Positions 43,386 through 57,175 of a stretch of 64,000 bases of DNA are shown in pieces (position 1 is the stretch's first letter; every line of letters starts with the position of its first letter). The stretch is from contig OX597816.1 of assembly GCA_951406725.2 (NCBI GenBank), positions 164,982,001-165,046,000 of the forward strand, given 5' to 3'. Under the pieces are notes generated by a model. The model saw nothing but the letters and a program-made list of their open reading frames with translations, was not told the origin of the DNA and made no database searches. The translations under genes were made by a program, and so were the position numbers. Source of the stretch: Octopus vulgaris (taxonomy: Eukaryota).

Positions 43386-43960
43386 AAACGATCGAAAAAT
43401 AAATATGAATAGCAACAGTGGAAACCTACGACAACAACAAAAACAAAATACAACCATATTTCACCTCCTACAACCAAACAACGAAGACAACTATGGAAAA
43501 ACCATAACACCGAATCACATAAACATGAACCATGTATCATTTGACCAAGTGGAAAACCAAAGAGGCAATTCTTTTTTACTAACTTATCTAGAAAATATGA
43601 AGGCCGCCCTAACTCACGAGATCCAAGGAGCTATCAGCAACCACTTATGCAAAACACAAGGAGCACACACCCACCATCAACTAGAAAATACCACACAGCT
43701 CCATACAAAATCTATCCTAATTGCTACCCCTGAACAACATAAAAGATAACTTAGAACAATACAAACATCAAACTACCCTTACCTCGATATTCCTGTTAAA
43801 TGTACCATCAACCCATCACTCATTGCCCAAAAATCGAAGATCCCATACATAGAGAGTTGGCTTGCCGAAACAGCACATTGCTTCCCTTTCTTTATCTTTA
43901 CTGAAATTCACCTAAACAACACCCATATAGATGCCGAGGTGAAAATAAAAGATTTCATCA
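43385..43960 (+). mobile_element. CR1-like LINE fragment (ORF1 end and APE start)
   Basis: KSKIPYIESWL..FFIFTEIHLN..IDAEVKIKDF resembles the APE N-terminus at 37660-37830. A hAT-like TIR end (AAGTTTGGGAACCACTG) follows at about 43968-43984. Confidence 0.6.
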
Positions 43961-44358
43961 TCCCAAAAAGTTTGGGAACCACTGGGTTAGACGATCTAAA
44001 GTCTATTTTTCAGCATATTGACAAAGATATTTTTTCTTTTGCTCTTATTTATAATTGTTTATAATTTTCACCTTAACAGGTATTTTAATATGCTGGCCAC
44101 TGATAAAATAGTTTTTTTGAAAAATTTTATCCTTATATTAGAAGTATATATATATTTACATGTATATATGTATATCTTTATATAAGACCAGGTGTGTTTA
44201 TTTGCATGATCACTTCTATATCAGCTCACCTGGGTTCCTCTTATAACACCTTTTTACCTCGCGGACATAGTTCCCGATTAAGATTTCCAAGTGTAAATTC
44301 AAATCATTTGAGTACTACGAAGTTTTTTCTATATTGAGCATTTCTAGAACTCATCTAT

Positions 44359-44419
<61 letters not shown>

Positions 44420-44879
44420 TTGTCTCTCTCTTTGTCTCTCTCTCTCTTTCGCTCCCTCTCTATCTCTCTTTCTCTCTCCATGCATTTTATTCTTTTATTC
44501 TTTTACTTGTTTCAGTCATTTGACTGCGGCCATGTTGGAGCACCGTCTGTTAGTCGAACAGTTCGACCTCAGGACTTATTCTTTGGTAAGCCTAGTAATT
44601 ATTCTATTGGTTACTTATGCCGAACCGCTAAGTTACAGAGACGTAAACACACCAACATCAGTTGTCAACTGATGGGGGAGGGGAGGACAAACACATACGT
44701 GTGTGTGTGTGTGTATGTGTTTGTGTGTATGGTGGACTTCTTTCAGTTTCCGTCTACCAAATCTACTCACAAGGCTTTGGTCGGCCCGAGGCTATAGTAG
44801 AAAACACTTGCCCATTCTGCTCGCTCGTTCACGTGTTATACTTTAATTAGTTAGAGAGCTGAGGGTGGAGTTGGTGAGA

Positions 44880-45480
44880 TGTAGTGTAAGTGTGAGTGTG
44901 TTAGAGAGAGGGAGAGGGAGAGAGAGAAAGAAAGAGAAAGAGGGAATGAGAGAAAGCGTTGAAAAGAAATAGGAAGGAAGAAGTAGAAAACGATGTATAA
45001 TATTAAAACACTAAGGCCAAACGCGTCACGCGGTTAGCTGAAAGGAGAGGTGAAGAGCGAGAGGCAAAGGCGGTGAGAGTAAAGAGAGAAAGAGAAAGAG
45101 GGACAACGAAGTTATTTGGTGGTTAAGAATTTAGTTGAAGGGAAAGGTAAATGAAAGAGATATGTTTAGGATACAGTATTTAGCAGAGGGTGATGTTCTG
45201 GTGGTGAGGTTAAAGAAAGGCAGATAAAAAGATATGGACAGGGGAAGCATTTATATTGAGAGAAAGAGAGAGAGAGAGGAAAAAGAGGCTGATAGCGTTT
45301 ATATTATCAGAGTCGAGATACTTTGAGAAGAAGAAAAAGCAGATATAAACACAGCTAAACTGAAATAAAATGAAATGAGCATTATTATTGAAAACTAAAG
45401 AGGGGATGATGGTGATGGTGGAGGTGGGGGTTATGTGCTGATAGTGAAAAGTATTTTTTACTGAATTAAATTTTTTTATA
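44880..45480 (-). mobile_element. Possible very old Penelope RT remnant
   Basis: Weak matches (SKYLDS..NAISLF, NTFHYQHITPT) to the PLE RT at 61250-62716, with the same purine strand bias. Confidence 0.3.
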
Positions 45481-45499
45481 TTGCCCATCGCTTAAATCA

Positions 45500-45839
45500 T
45501 GCACACTAGTGTAATTATTTATCGTCCGCTCGCTTGAAAGTTGATATTTGTTTATAAGGATTAATTTAGCCTAAACTATGGAGGCACAAGAAAAACGGGT
45601 GCAAGCTGTTCGAGAAAGTAACCGCAGATACAGAGCACGGATCAGAGAGGAACAGCGAGTGGATATTGTAAAAAGAGAAAGAAGACCAGACCAACGGAGA
45701 GGTGAGGAAATGAATGTAAACAAAGTATATATAGAGAAAGCTAAACTAAGAACGCTACAAAATACAAATCATCCTTTCTTTCTTAAATAGGCCTTCTTAA
45801 TTCTTTTGCATTCCGTGGAATTTACACGGGTCCCACTGG
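45500..45839 (+). mobile_element. Helitron-like 3' end
   Basis: Hairpin CCGTG-GAATTTA-CACGG (45813-45829) lies 6 nt before CTGG|T (CTRR), with an upstream R/E-rich ORF stub. The 5' end was not located. Confidence 0.55.
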
Positions 45840-45949
45840 TACATTTATGTATGTATGTATGTATGTATGTATGTATGTATGTATGTATGTATGTATGTAT
45901 GTATGTATGCATGTATGTATGTGTGTATGTATGCATGTATGTGTGTGTA

Positions 45950-46164
45950 TGAGTGTGGTCTGATCAATAAGTATCCGGACTTAGGATACTCAGGCGTAGG
46001 AGTGGCTGTGTGGTAAGTAGCATTCTTACGAACCACATGGTTCCGAGTTCAGTCCTACTGCGTGGCACCTTGGGCATGTGTCTTCTACTATAGCCTCGGG
46101 CCCACCAAAGCCTTCTGAGTGGATTCGGTAGACGGAAACTGAAAGAAGCCCGTCGTATATATGA

Positions 46165-46234
<70 letters not shown>

Positions 46235-47092
46235 CTGTGTCTGTGTTTGTTCCCCCCCAACATCGCTTGACAACCGATGCTGATGTGTTTACGTCCCCGT
46301 AACTTAGCGGTTCGGCAAAAGAAACCGATACACTAAGTACTAGGCTTACAAAGAATAAGTCCTGGGGTCGATTTTCTCGACTAAAGTCGATGCTCCAGCA
46401 TGGCCGCAGTCAAATGACTGAAACAAGTAAAAGAGTAAAAGAGTAAAAGAGGATTGTTGCGTTAGTAACGAAGCTAAAGCACGCAGAGTGAAGCCGCTTG
46501 GCACAGACCGACCTTGAACACTGCTGTGCATGCGCACAAAGTTTTAGCGTTCCAGCTCACTTCTGCTGTTGATAGCAGTGCTTGAAAGGAAGGTGTGTAG
46601 CGTATGATCGTCGCATTGACAGAGAAAGTTGAGCAGAAGGTGTGTAGCGTATGATCGTCGCATTGATCAGGACAGAGAAAGTTGAGCAGAGAATCTGCTT
46701 CAAATTTTGCCAAAGCTTGGCGACACCTTTTCAGAGACCTACGCAAAGTTTTCATCGTTCTTAAGGAGATTTTGTGCAACTGGAACCCGAGTGTCTCTTT
46801 GGTCAGCTGAAAGCAGTTTTAGTACAAAGTTGACAGACATGCATCTCATACACTCCTCTCCATACACTTTCTGTAACTTTGCGTAGGCCTCTGAGACATG
46901 ACAACTTTCACAACGATAACACGCTATACACCTTCCTTCCAAGCACTGCTGTAAACAGCGGAAGTGAGCTACAACGTTAAATCTTAATGTGCATACACAG
47001 TAGAGCTCAAGATCAATCTTTGCCAAGCTGCTCTACTCTACGTGACTTAGCTTCGTTAATACGACATCAGTCCGGGTACTTATTGATTAGAC

Positions 47093-47099
<7 letters not shown>
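45950..47099. mobile_element. Mariner-derived palindromic MITE, with its left TIR interrupted by a SINE
   Basis: Ends GGTCTGATCAATAAGTATCCGGACT and AGTCCGGGTACTTATTGATTAGACC. Long inverted arms carry mariner N-terminal remnants (TEKVEQRICFKFC, SEAYAKLQKVYGEECM). Confidence 0.82.
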
Positions 47100-47129
<30 letters not shown>

Positions 47130-47134
<5 letters not shown>

Positions 47135-47327
47135 CCAGAGTAAGCACATGAATGCGAAACAAGATGAAAAAATAGTACTCGAATACCAGAGGTAGAGTAA
47201 TATACTTTATTAAAAAGCAGCAAAAATATCACAAAAAAGTTACTCAGAGTTTCACGATCTCGTCCGTCCAACGAAGGGGAACGTGAAACAAACAATTTTG
47301 TGATATTTTTTCTGCTTTTTAATAAAC

Positions 47328-47328
<1 letters not shown>
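47130..47328. mobile_element. Inverted junction of a probable Penelope terminal repeat (second family)
   Basis: TTTATTAAAAAGCAGCAAAAATATCACAAAA..GTTTCACG mirrors CGTGAAAC..TTTTGTGATATTTTTTCTGCTTTTTAATAAA, between (CA)/(TA) tracts. Confidence 0.5.
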
Positions 47329-47401
<73 letters not shown>

Positions 47402-47827
47402 CACACATTCATATCTGTGTTTGTCCCCTTCACCACGACTTGACAACGTGTGTCAGTTACTTTATGTCTCTGCAACTTAGCTTTTCAGCAAAAAGTGATT
47501 GATAGCATCAGTACCAGTCTAAGGAATAAGTACTGGGATCGATCTATTCGACTAAAAGTTCTTCAAGGCTGTGCCCCATCATGGCCACAGTCCAAGGACT
47601 GGGACGCGCGAATGATAAAGGAAGTCCTCTTCAAATTCATGTGAGTTTTTTCTTGCGTCATCGAATGCATCCTTATGTTCCTGAGGTGTGTGCAGCGTTT
47701 TCTTTTCGGTTTTAAAAAGATTGTCTTTCTATCTACTCAACCAGTTTGGCCAATCATATTTGACCAAAGCCTTGTGAGTGGATGGAGTTGACGGAAACTG
47801 AAGGAAACCTCTCGTATACATACATAT

Positions 47828-48272
47828 ATGATGATGGCTGCCCCCCTCGTTATCGAGTATGGCAATTGCACGAAGCTTAACTGCTATTGGTGCTGCGATT
47901 AAATGTGACATTTATTTGCTTTTTAAGGCTACAGCCAGCCATTCAGTTGAGACACAGCACCATCAACAATCATGAACAATGTTGTCATCGTGCAATGCCT
48001 GTGCAAGAAGATTTTTTTTTAAGTGAGGAAAGGCTGTGCACTGAGTTAATCTCACTCACTAAGCAACAGCAGCTATAATCCGAAAAGAAGAACAAGTCAA
48101 CATCATCGGTAACCACCGAGCCGCAGGTTTTCTGTCGGAGTTATCCCAGTTACCTGAGTTACCTTCTGCTAGAAGGATGCCATAACAAAGGCTAGGAATC
48201 CTTCACTCCCAATGGTTTAACCGCGCGATCGGGTATTCAGTCCGATTATTTCTGTCCCCGCGCAAGATACGG
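47828..48272 (-). mobile_element. Probable RTE-derived non-autonomous element
   Basis: RTE-5'UTR-like AGCCTTTGTTATGGCATCCTTCTAGCAGAAGGTAACTCAG, and a terminal CTCGATAACGAGGGGGGCAGCCATCATC. No ORF. Confidence 0.45.
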
Positions 48273-48274
48273 CC

Positions 48275-48305
<31 letters not shown>

Positions 48306-48698
48306 CATACATACACACATACATACATACATACATACATACATACATACATACATACATACATACCATACACACACACACATACACATGTATGTATGTA
48401 TGTATGTATGTATGTATGTATGTATGTATGTATGTATGTATGTATGTATGTATGCGCGTGTGTGTATGTATATATATTCTGTTATTCTTTTACTTGTTTC
48501 GGTCACTTGACTGCGGCCATGCTGAAGTTCTGCCTTTAGTCGGACAAATCCAACCCGGGACCTATTCTTTGTAAGCCTAGTACTTATTCTGTCGATTACT
48601 TTTGCCGAACCGCTAAGTTACGGGGACGTAAACACACCAGCATCGGTTATCAAGCGATGGTCGTAGGACAACCAGACACACATATACATACATACATT

Positions 48699-48748
<50 letters not shown>

Positions 48749-49399
48749 CCAGGCTATCAGATGTTGCCACACATCGCTGGTCACAATGCGCTTCACATTG
48801 TTTTAGTCTTCAAATGACGCCACCACGCTGGCTAAGAGAGCTGGCCAACAGAAGAAAGAGTGAGAGAAAGTTGTGGCGAAAGAGTACAGCAGGGATCACC
48901 ACCACTCCCTGCTGGATCCTCGTGGAGCTTTAGATGTCTTCTCTCAATAAACACTCACAACACCCGGTCTGCGAATCGAAACCGCGATCCTACGACCGCG
49001 AGTCCGCTGCCCTAACCACTGGGCCATTGCGCCTCCCCCCCATATATATATATATATACACATGTACATATACATGCATATATGCACATATATGTGTGTA
49101 TGTATGTTGTGTATGTATGTGTGCATGTATGTACTCTTCCGCTCAAAATCTCATAATTGACTGCAAAAATAGAGGAAATACTAGAACGTGTTATATTTCT
49201 TGTCATGCAACAAGCGAACAACTTGCCATTGTTTCTCTGATTTGGTCTATTCTTCATAACACACAGAGGGGGAAAAAAAGCACTACAGACACGCACGCAC
49301 GCACACGCATACACACACACACACACGCGCACACACGCGCACACAAACACAAACAAACAAACAAAACAATAAATAGCAAACAATCGCGCAACGACACGC

Positions 49400-49470
49400 A
49401 ACCATTTTGAAATGACGTAATATTGACGTCATAGCTTGTTGAACCCGCCACTCCAACACCGCCATTTTGG
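49400..49470. promoter_or_regulatory. Candidate cis-regulatory cluster: two CRE/ATF sites and YY1-type motifs
   Basis: TGACGTAA at 49413-49420, TGACGTCA at 49424-49431, CCGCCATTTT at 49459-49468 and ACCATTTT at 49401-49408, in a locally CpG-rich non-repeat patch. Confidence 0.4.
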
Positions 49471-49827
49471 GTTCACAGGAATATAGGTTGCTGATTACTA
49501 ATGAGAATACCTGAATTAAATTTACGACAATATAAGAATATATAATTTTCCTTAGTAAAGGAGATGATTGCAAATGATAAAGTTGCAAGCTCACCCTATT
49601 TGCAAAATTGTTTAAACTTTTAGATTTGTGATGTTTATTTTATAAAATCTATTTTAGATTAGTTTATAATTTTTCTTTATCTTAATATTATCACGTGAAT
49701 ATTGTGCATCACCTTACTGTCACACGTAGGACAGACTAACGTCTGACAAAATGTGTGTGTGTGTGAGTAGATAGATAGATAGATAGATAAATAGATATAT
49801 ATATATAGAGAGAGATAGATAGATAGA

Positions 49828-49952
<125 letters not shown>

Positions 49953-50029
49953 CATGTGTGTTTGCATGCATGTATATATATATGTAAATATATGCATGCA
50001 TACATACATGCATTACATACATACATACA

Positions 50030-50097
<68 letters not shown>

Positions 50098-50505
50098 AAT
50101 CTATATATATATATATATATTGTATATCTGAGAAAGAAATGCTACCAATTTTAGATCGTATGTTTATGTATGTATGTATGTATGTATGTATGTATGTATG
50201 CATGTATATATGTGTGTGTGTATGTATGTATGTATGTATGTATGTATGTATGTACATATGTATGTATGCGTGTATGTATGTATGCATGTATGTATGTATG
50301 CGGGCATGCATACAGGTATGTGTACATGTATGCATGCATGTAAGCATGAATCTGTGTGTGTATGCATGCATGAATATAATTATGCATGTATGTATGTACA
50401 TACGTATGTATGTATGTATGTATGCATGCATGCATGCATGTACGTGCGTGCGTTTGTGCGAGTATATATATATATATAAATATACACATATATATATACA
50501 TACAT

Positions 50506-50541
<36 letters not shown>

Positions 50542-50619
50542 CATGCGGATGTTTGTATACATAATATATACAATGGCATATAAATTACGTATTTTATGTA
50601 CATACCAATACCTATGTAC

Positions 50620-50689
<70 letters not shown>

Positions 50690-51379
50690 TATGTATGTGT
50701 GTGTGTGAGCCTTTGCATGTACGCACACATGCATATATACATATATCGAAAGATGTTTATGTACATTTCTAGTCTATGTCCCTGTGTATACATGCGTGTG
50801 TATGTGTCTGTCTCTGTGTGTGTATAACTGTGTGTGCGTATGCATGCATGCGTAATTCTTTCCATGTATACACAAATGCATATATACATATATCCACGGA
50901 GACATGCTAACGTATTAATCTATAAAAAAAAACAGAGAAGAAAAAAAGCCATCATTGTTCAGATGCATTATGTGCACCTGAGTACATATGTCCTTAATTC
51001 TGTATTTATTGACATATCTGCATAGTCACAGATCGATACTGTTACATGCAGTCTTTCTTATAATGGCGTGAGGAGAGATGCTCACCAGTTGACACACAGA
51101 CACAGATGGATGTCTTATAACATAAATATATGGCATAGATTTCACGCTGTCTGTCTTGGGCTATTTAACGGCAATATTTACCATGAAACATGAGAATGAC
51201 CATTCTCAGAGTAGTGGACGCCAGTTGTTTCCGTCCTTTTGACCATTGCATCCAAACTTGATTCTCACTACGATATGGGCCACGGAAACACCTCTATAAA
51301 GTCGATAAATTTGCTAGAAATAGCAGCTATATTTCCTTGAAATCAAACCTTTAGTTCTGCGTAGCACTAAATTATCGAT

Positions 51380-51695
51380 TAAAGAGCACACTAGATAACG
51401 TAGTCCTAGAAAGCTCTTAAGAGGTGGGATGGTCACGGATGAAACGACGCTTAGTTCTGTATAGAAGTAGATTGAGCAATGAAGGACACGCTAGATATTT
51501 GTAGTTCCAAACAACTCTTAAATTGTAGGATGGTCACGAACGGAACAACCCTTAGTTCTATCTAGGACTAGATTAAGCAATTAAGGACACACTAGATGTT
51601 GTAGCTTTAGATAACTAAAAGTTGGGATGGGCACGGATAGGACCTCTTTCATCGTAGGCGCTCTTGCCCGAGGGTTGACGCGGGACTAAACAACA
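51380..51695 (+). repeat. Three diverged tandem ~100-bp units
   Basis: AAGGACACACTAGAT..GTAG..GGATGGTCACGGA recurs at about 51382, 51482 and 51583. Confidence 0.75.
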
Positions 51696-52218
51696 ATATA
51701 ATTGATGATAGCAGAGTACACTTAACAATAAGTAGGTAGAGCAGGTTGTGCTAATAGAAAAAAGTACTTTGTTCGTTGAATTTCTGAATTCAATCCTGCA
51801 AAACGCACATACCCAGCCAGGCGTGAATATTCTACCCTATGGCTGGATGATTTCATGTAAGCCAGTCTTGAGAAGTAGATAATTTTACTAATTCTTATCA
51901 GTTTATTCTTTTATTGTTTTACTTGTTTCAATCATTTGACAATGGCCATGTTGGAGCACCGCCTTAAAGAGTTTTTAGTCGAAGATATCGGCCCCAGGAC
52001 TTATTTTTGGTAAGCCTAGTACTTATTCTATCGGTCTCCTTTGCTGAACGGCTAAGTTACGAGGATGTAAATACACCAACATCGGTTGTCAAGAGATTGT
52101 GAGGGAGGGGCAAACCGTTTTCCCCCAAATTAGGGGGTTCCTTATACACAAGGGTTACTCATATACGTTTTTGAAAAATATGTACTTACATATAAGAGAA
52201 CAAAGTGTACGTACGCCG

Positions 52219-52275
<57 letters not shown>

Positions 52276-52636
52276 AAATGGGACAAGAACACAAAGCATC
52301 CGGACAGCCAGTTGATACAAAAAGGGACAAAACATCCAGACAGACGATACAAAGAAAACAAAGATGGGTCATTCAAAGTTTCCTTTCCTCAGTCAAGCAC
52401 CATATTATTCTCGCAATTTCGACTGATTATACTTGAGATTGCTCCAATCTGGCCAGCCCCAAGGAAAAACTAAGCTAAGAGCATTAGATTCCTTGGAAGA
52501 AAGCAGCGAATGTATACAAAAACAAGGACGGAAAAAACGGACAATGTTATCACTCTCTCTTTCCCACTCTTGATGACAAAGATATGCATATCTATTTCAT
52601 TTATCTATCTATCTATTTACACACATTCCGCCCCAT

Positions 52637-52668
<32 letters not shown>

Positions 52669-54457
52669 TTAAATGAAATACATAAGTTGCTTAATCTGTT
52701 CATTTTAAAGATCAGCTACTCATCTCATTCGAAATCTTTCTTTTTCATATTGTAAACCTAGTGAGAGCTTTCGAATACTAATTACTTAGATGATATCAAT
52801 TGATCAAAGATTTTTCCGTTCACTTTATAATATACTCTATATAACAGACTCTATTACATTTTTGTGTTGAACGTACAACACTTCTGGAATATTTAATAGC
52901 AGCAATATATTTTTTGAAAGCTTACTAATTAAACCAGCTTCTCGTTGAACCACAGTTCCTGATAGGAATGTACAGTGAAGATAAAACGGAGATGGAAAGT
53001 TATGATAAAACAGATAAGCATTTTTGGAACAAATTTACTAGAAGAAAGCATACATTCAGCTTGATATAACAGGAAACACGTTCTTACCCAGCAACTGAGG
53101 CATAACGGGTTCAACTGCTGTCAGTGGGTTTGTTGTACTTTTCGGTATAAAATGTGGAATCACAGAGGAATAATGATATTTAATAATGTTTGATAATGTT
53201 TGACGTTTGTAATATTCATAAAGAGCCACACATAGATGCTGGTGCGGCTGTGTGATTAGGGGCTTGCTTCCAAACCACGTGGATCCGGGTTCAGTTCCAC
53301 TGCGCGATATCTTGAGCAAGTATCTGCTTTAGCCTCGAGCCGGACAAAGTCTTGCCATTGGATTTGGTAGACGGAAACTGAAAGAGGCCCGTCGTAGAGT
53401 GTACTGTGAGTTTTATTTATCATGACGACCGTTTCGGCGTACAGTTGCTCTGCTCCCTAGTGGATGGGGAAGGATATAATGGAATAGAACGCACCCTACA
53501 TTGCAGAAGAAATCCGGTCAGGTTACACGCACACACACACACTCACTCACACACAAATGTTTATATATAAGCAGACAATACGTATCTTACAACACCTGTC
53601 ATCGGGGCTTCATGATTTAGGATACAATGCACTTATACGAGATTATCCCGCATTGTCACAGATGGACAAAGAATTAAATCTACCCCAGTACTTTGTTGGT
53701 ACTTTATTATATCGACCCTAGAACACTGAAAATTAAATTAAGGCAGCGAGCTGACAGAAACGTTAGCACGCCGGGCAAAACGCTTAGGAGTATTTCGTAG
53801 GCCGCTACGTTCTGAGTTCAAATCCCGCCGAGGTCGACTTTGCCTTTAATCCTTTCGGGGTCGATAAATTAAGTACCAGTTACGCACTGAAGTCGTTATA
53901 ATCGACTTAATCCATTTGTCTGTCCTTGTTTGTCCTCTCTGTGTTTAGCCCCTTGTGGGCAATAAAGAACTAAAAACGATGAAAACCGAAGTTGACATCA
54001 GTGGTACTCGAACTCAAAACATAAAGAGCGTGAACAAAGTAATTTTGCCTGATACGCTAGCAAACCGCCAGCCTTCTATACAAATGGTAATCGTTGATGT
54101 AATATGAAAAGACACACAAGACATTTAATCTTTCCTAAAACTCATTTATTCAAATATTTTTCCAATAATAATGATAAATTTTTTGCTCTTTTCATTCCAT
54201 TCAAATACTAATTAGATTAATTGCATACATATTTAATTTAATTACTTAATTATTTCGTTACATCATGACAACCTTGAATAAATTAATTCCTTTTTCTTTT
54301 CATTTTTATCTCTTTATCTCAATGCGTAACACGCATACGCAGATAGGTGATTGAATGTGTATATATGTACGTATATATATATATATGTATGTATATATAT
54401 ATATATATATATACATATATATGTATATATATATATATAAATACATATACACATATG

Positions 54458-54512
<55 letters not shown>

Positions 54513-54777
54513 ATGTATAAATATATGCATATATAATATGTATATGTATGTATATGCATATATTATATATATATGCATATATTATATATATATATATATA
54601 CACATACATATATACATCCATTCATTCATACATACATACATACAAACAGATATACATACCACACAACGATCAAATTTCATTCAGCGGTATTAATCAACAT
54701 AGACTTATCATAGAAAGAGTGAAGCGAACATTTTTACACCATCAAGAAAACACACACATACGCACACTCCACACACA

Positions 54778-54898
<121 letters not shown>

Positions 54899-54964
54899 TA
54901 TATGTGTGTGTGTGTATAGATATATAGATATATAGATAGAAGTAAGTATACTCATATGAATCTA

Positions 54965-54999
<35 letters not shown>

Positions 55000-55001
<2 letters not shown>

Positions 55002-55860
55002 CTCGATTTTTCTCCCTTCCACCCCTCCAACACCAAATGTACCATCTCATGCTCTCAATTCCTTCGTTTTTGTCGCCTGTGTAACCGCGAGTAAGATTTT
55101 GACACTCAGCCTCAATATTTAACTCGTCCCTTTATTGGTCGTGAATAACCTCCACTCTTGTCCAAGCCACCCTAACTCGAAGCCATCAAACTGATTGCAC
55201 CTCTACCCTTTCTCCTCACACTTACCCCAGCTGTATGTCTTTTCATCTCCTTTTCCACTTTTCCAACCTACTCTTTCACCAGAAAAATTTTACTTGCCTC
55301 ACGACTCATCTACCTCATCCTACCATTCTTCTTATTCTTAGCAAACTTCTACTCTCCTTCAAACGCTCCTGAAACATATGCGACTTTCTGGTCCGTAGCT
55401 CCCTCTACGCTCCCAATTTTGCACACTCAGGATTCTTCCCTAGCTCCGGACACCTTTGTCACATCTGCCAGTTTCTCACAAACACCACTTCCTTCACAGA
55501 AACCAACTCCTGCACAACTCATATAGATAATTCTTTCTCTTGCATCTCCACATCATCTACTGTATTATACGCCCTCTCTGCAGATTCTTATACATTGGTC
55601 AAACCGGTCACCGTTTTGCAAACCAATTCACCGAGTTCTTATGAGACATTCGTCTCCTAAACAGACCTCCGTTTCCCGTCATTTCCAGTAGGAAAACTAC
55701 TCCACACAACAATTTACAGTATTAAGCTTGGTCTTGGATAACGGATCCACAACACCCAGACTTTCCAAGGAGTAGCACTTTTTCTTTTCTCTTCAAATTC
55801 ATACGCCGTTTGGTCTCAACTCACCATCTACCTTCTTGTAACTTCTCTCCACACTACTCG
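55000..55860 (+). mobile_element. Degraded Penelope-like element (thumb, linker and GIY-YIG region)
   Basis: IIYC..C..LYIGQTG.RFA..F.E and the terminal ACGCCGTTTGGTCTCAACTC match the 60240-60974 element. Confidence 0.8.
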
Positions 55861-56337
55861 CCCCTACACACTTACAAACATCAAGCGTATGCCACAAGCT
55901 CAGTCACGCACGCACATAAATATGTACACACATACAATTGTATGTACTGTTCGTTCAGTTAACGTAGCTATGCAAATTTATACTGCCAAAGAAGAAGCAA
56001 ATGTGAAAAACGAACCTATGTAAGCTGTTTTGCTATTTATCAAAGCTATCATTTTGCCTGCTGCTAAAAAAAGGATCAGGTTTTTTCTTCTGAGCAGGAA
56101 AATTTAATTTTCCGTGAAATGAATTCTAAATTTCTAGAAAATTGCACTCACTTTTTCTTTGTGAATGAATAACAATTAGTATTAGATTTGTAACTATTAG
56201 AGTTGTTTTCTGGGTTTTTTTCTCCAACTAGAATTTCAGTTAATTGAAATTGTTTTTGCGTATTTCATTGTACATCATGCAATGTATCACCGACTAACGA
56301 AAGTAACACAATTCATATCATTAATCGACGCAATTTC

Positions 56338-56368
<31 letters not shown>

Positions 56369-56509
56369 GAAACAGTCGGGAAACAAAAATGGCGTTTAAA
56401 ATTTACGACTGTGTAAGACGTTTGCTTTCCAACCACATGATCCCGTTTTTAGTCCTACTGCCCAAAACCTGGGTCAATTGCCTTTTGCTGACCAAACCCT
56501 GGTGAAAAG

Positions 56510-56567
<58 letters not shown>

Positions 56568-56978
56568 GCACATGCAGACATACACTCTTAGCTTCAAACC
56601 ACAAGATTGTGCAACACTTTGGGTAGAATTGCAAAGAATCTTAACTAGAAAAACAAACTGGATGCAAAGAAAAGCCATATCTTGAGATATCAACGCAGCA
56701 GAAACATGTAGGGCATATTTAAATTAAAATGCACTGTTTAATTTACTGTAATAATAATTAAAAAACGTATATAGGTACTAATCTTAATCTCCTTATGCAT
56801 TGACATGTTTTGGATATGCACTTTGAAAATTATTAATAATCCAAAGATTATATACACGCGCTCAAACACACTCACATACATAAAGGGTTAGAGATAGAGA
56901 GAGGGAAAGAGAGAGAAATATATAGATAGAAAAATATTTAGTGATAAATAAGTAGCTAGACAGACAGACAGACTAATT

Positions 56979-57051
<73 letters not shown>

Positions 57052-57067
57052 GTAGGTAGGTAGATCG

Positions 57068-57175
<108 letters not shown>

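Noticed and set aside
53085-53200. Possible minus-strand exon ending CTGG|GTAAGA
   Set aside because: The donor is plausible, but there is no convincing acceptor or protein similarity.
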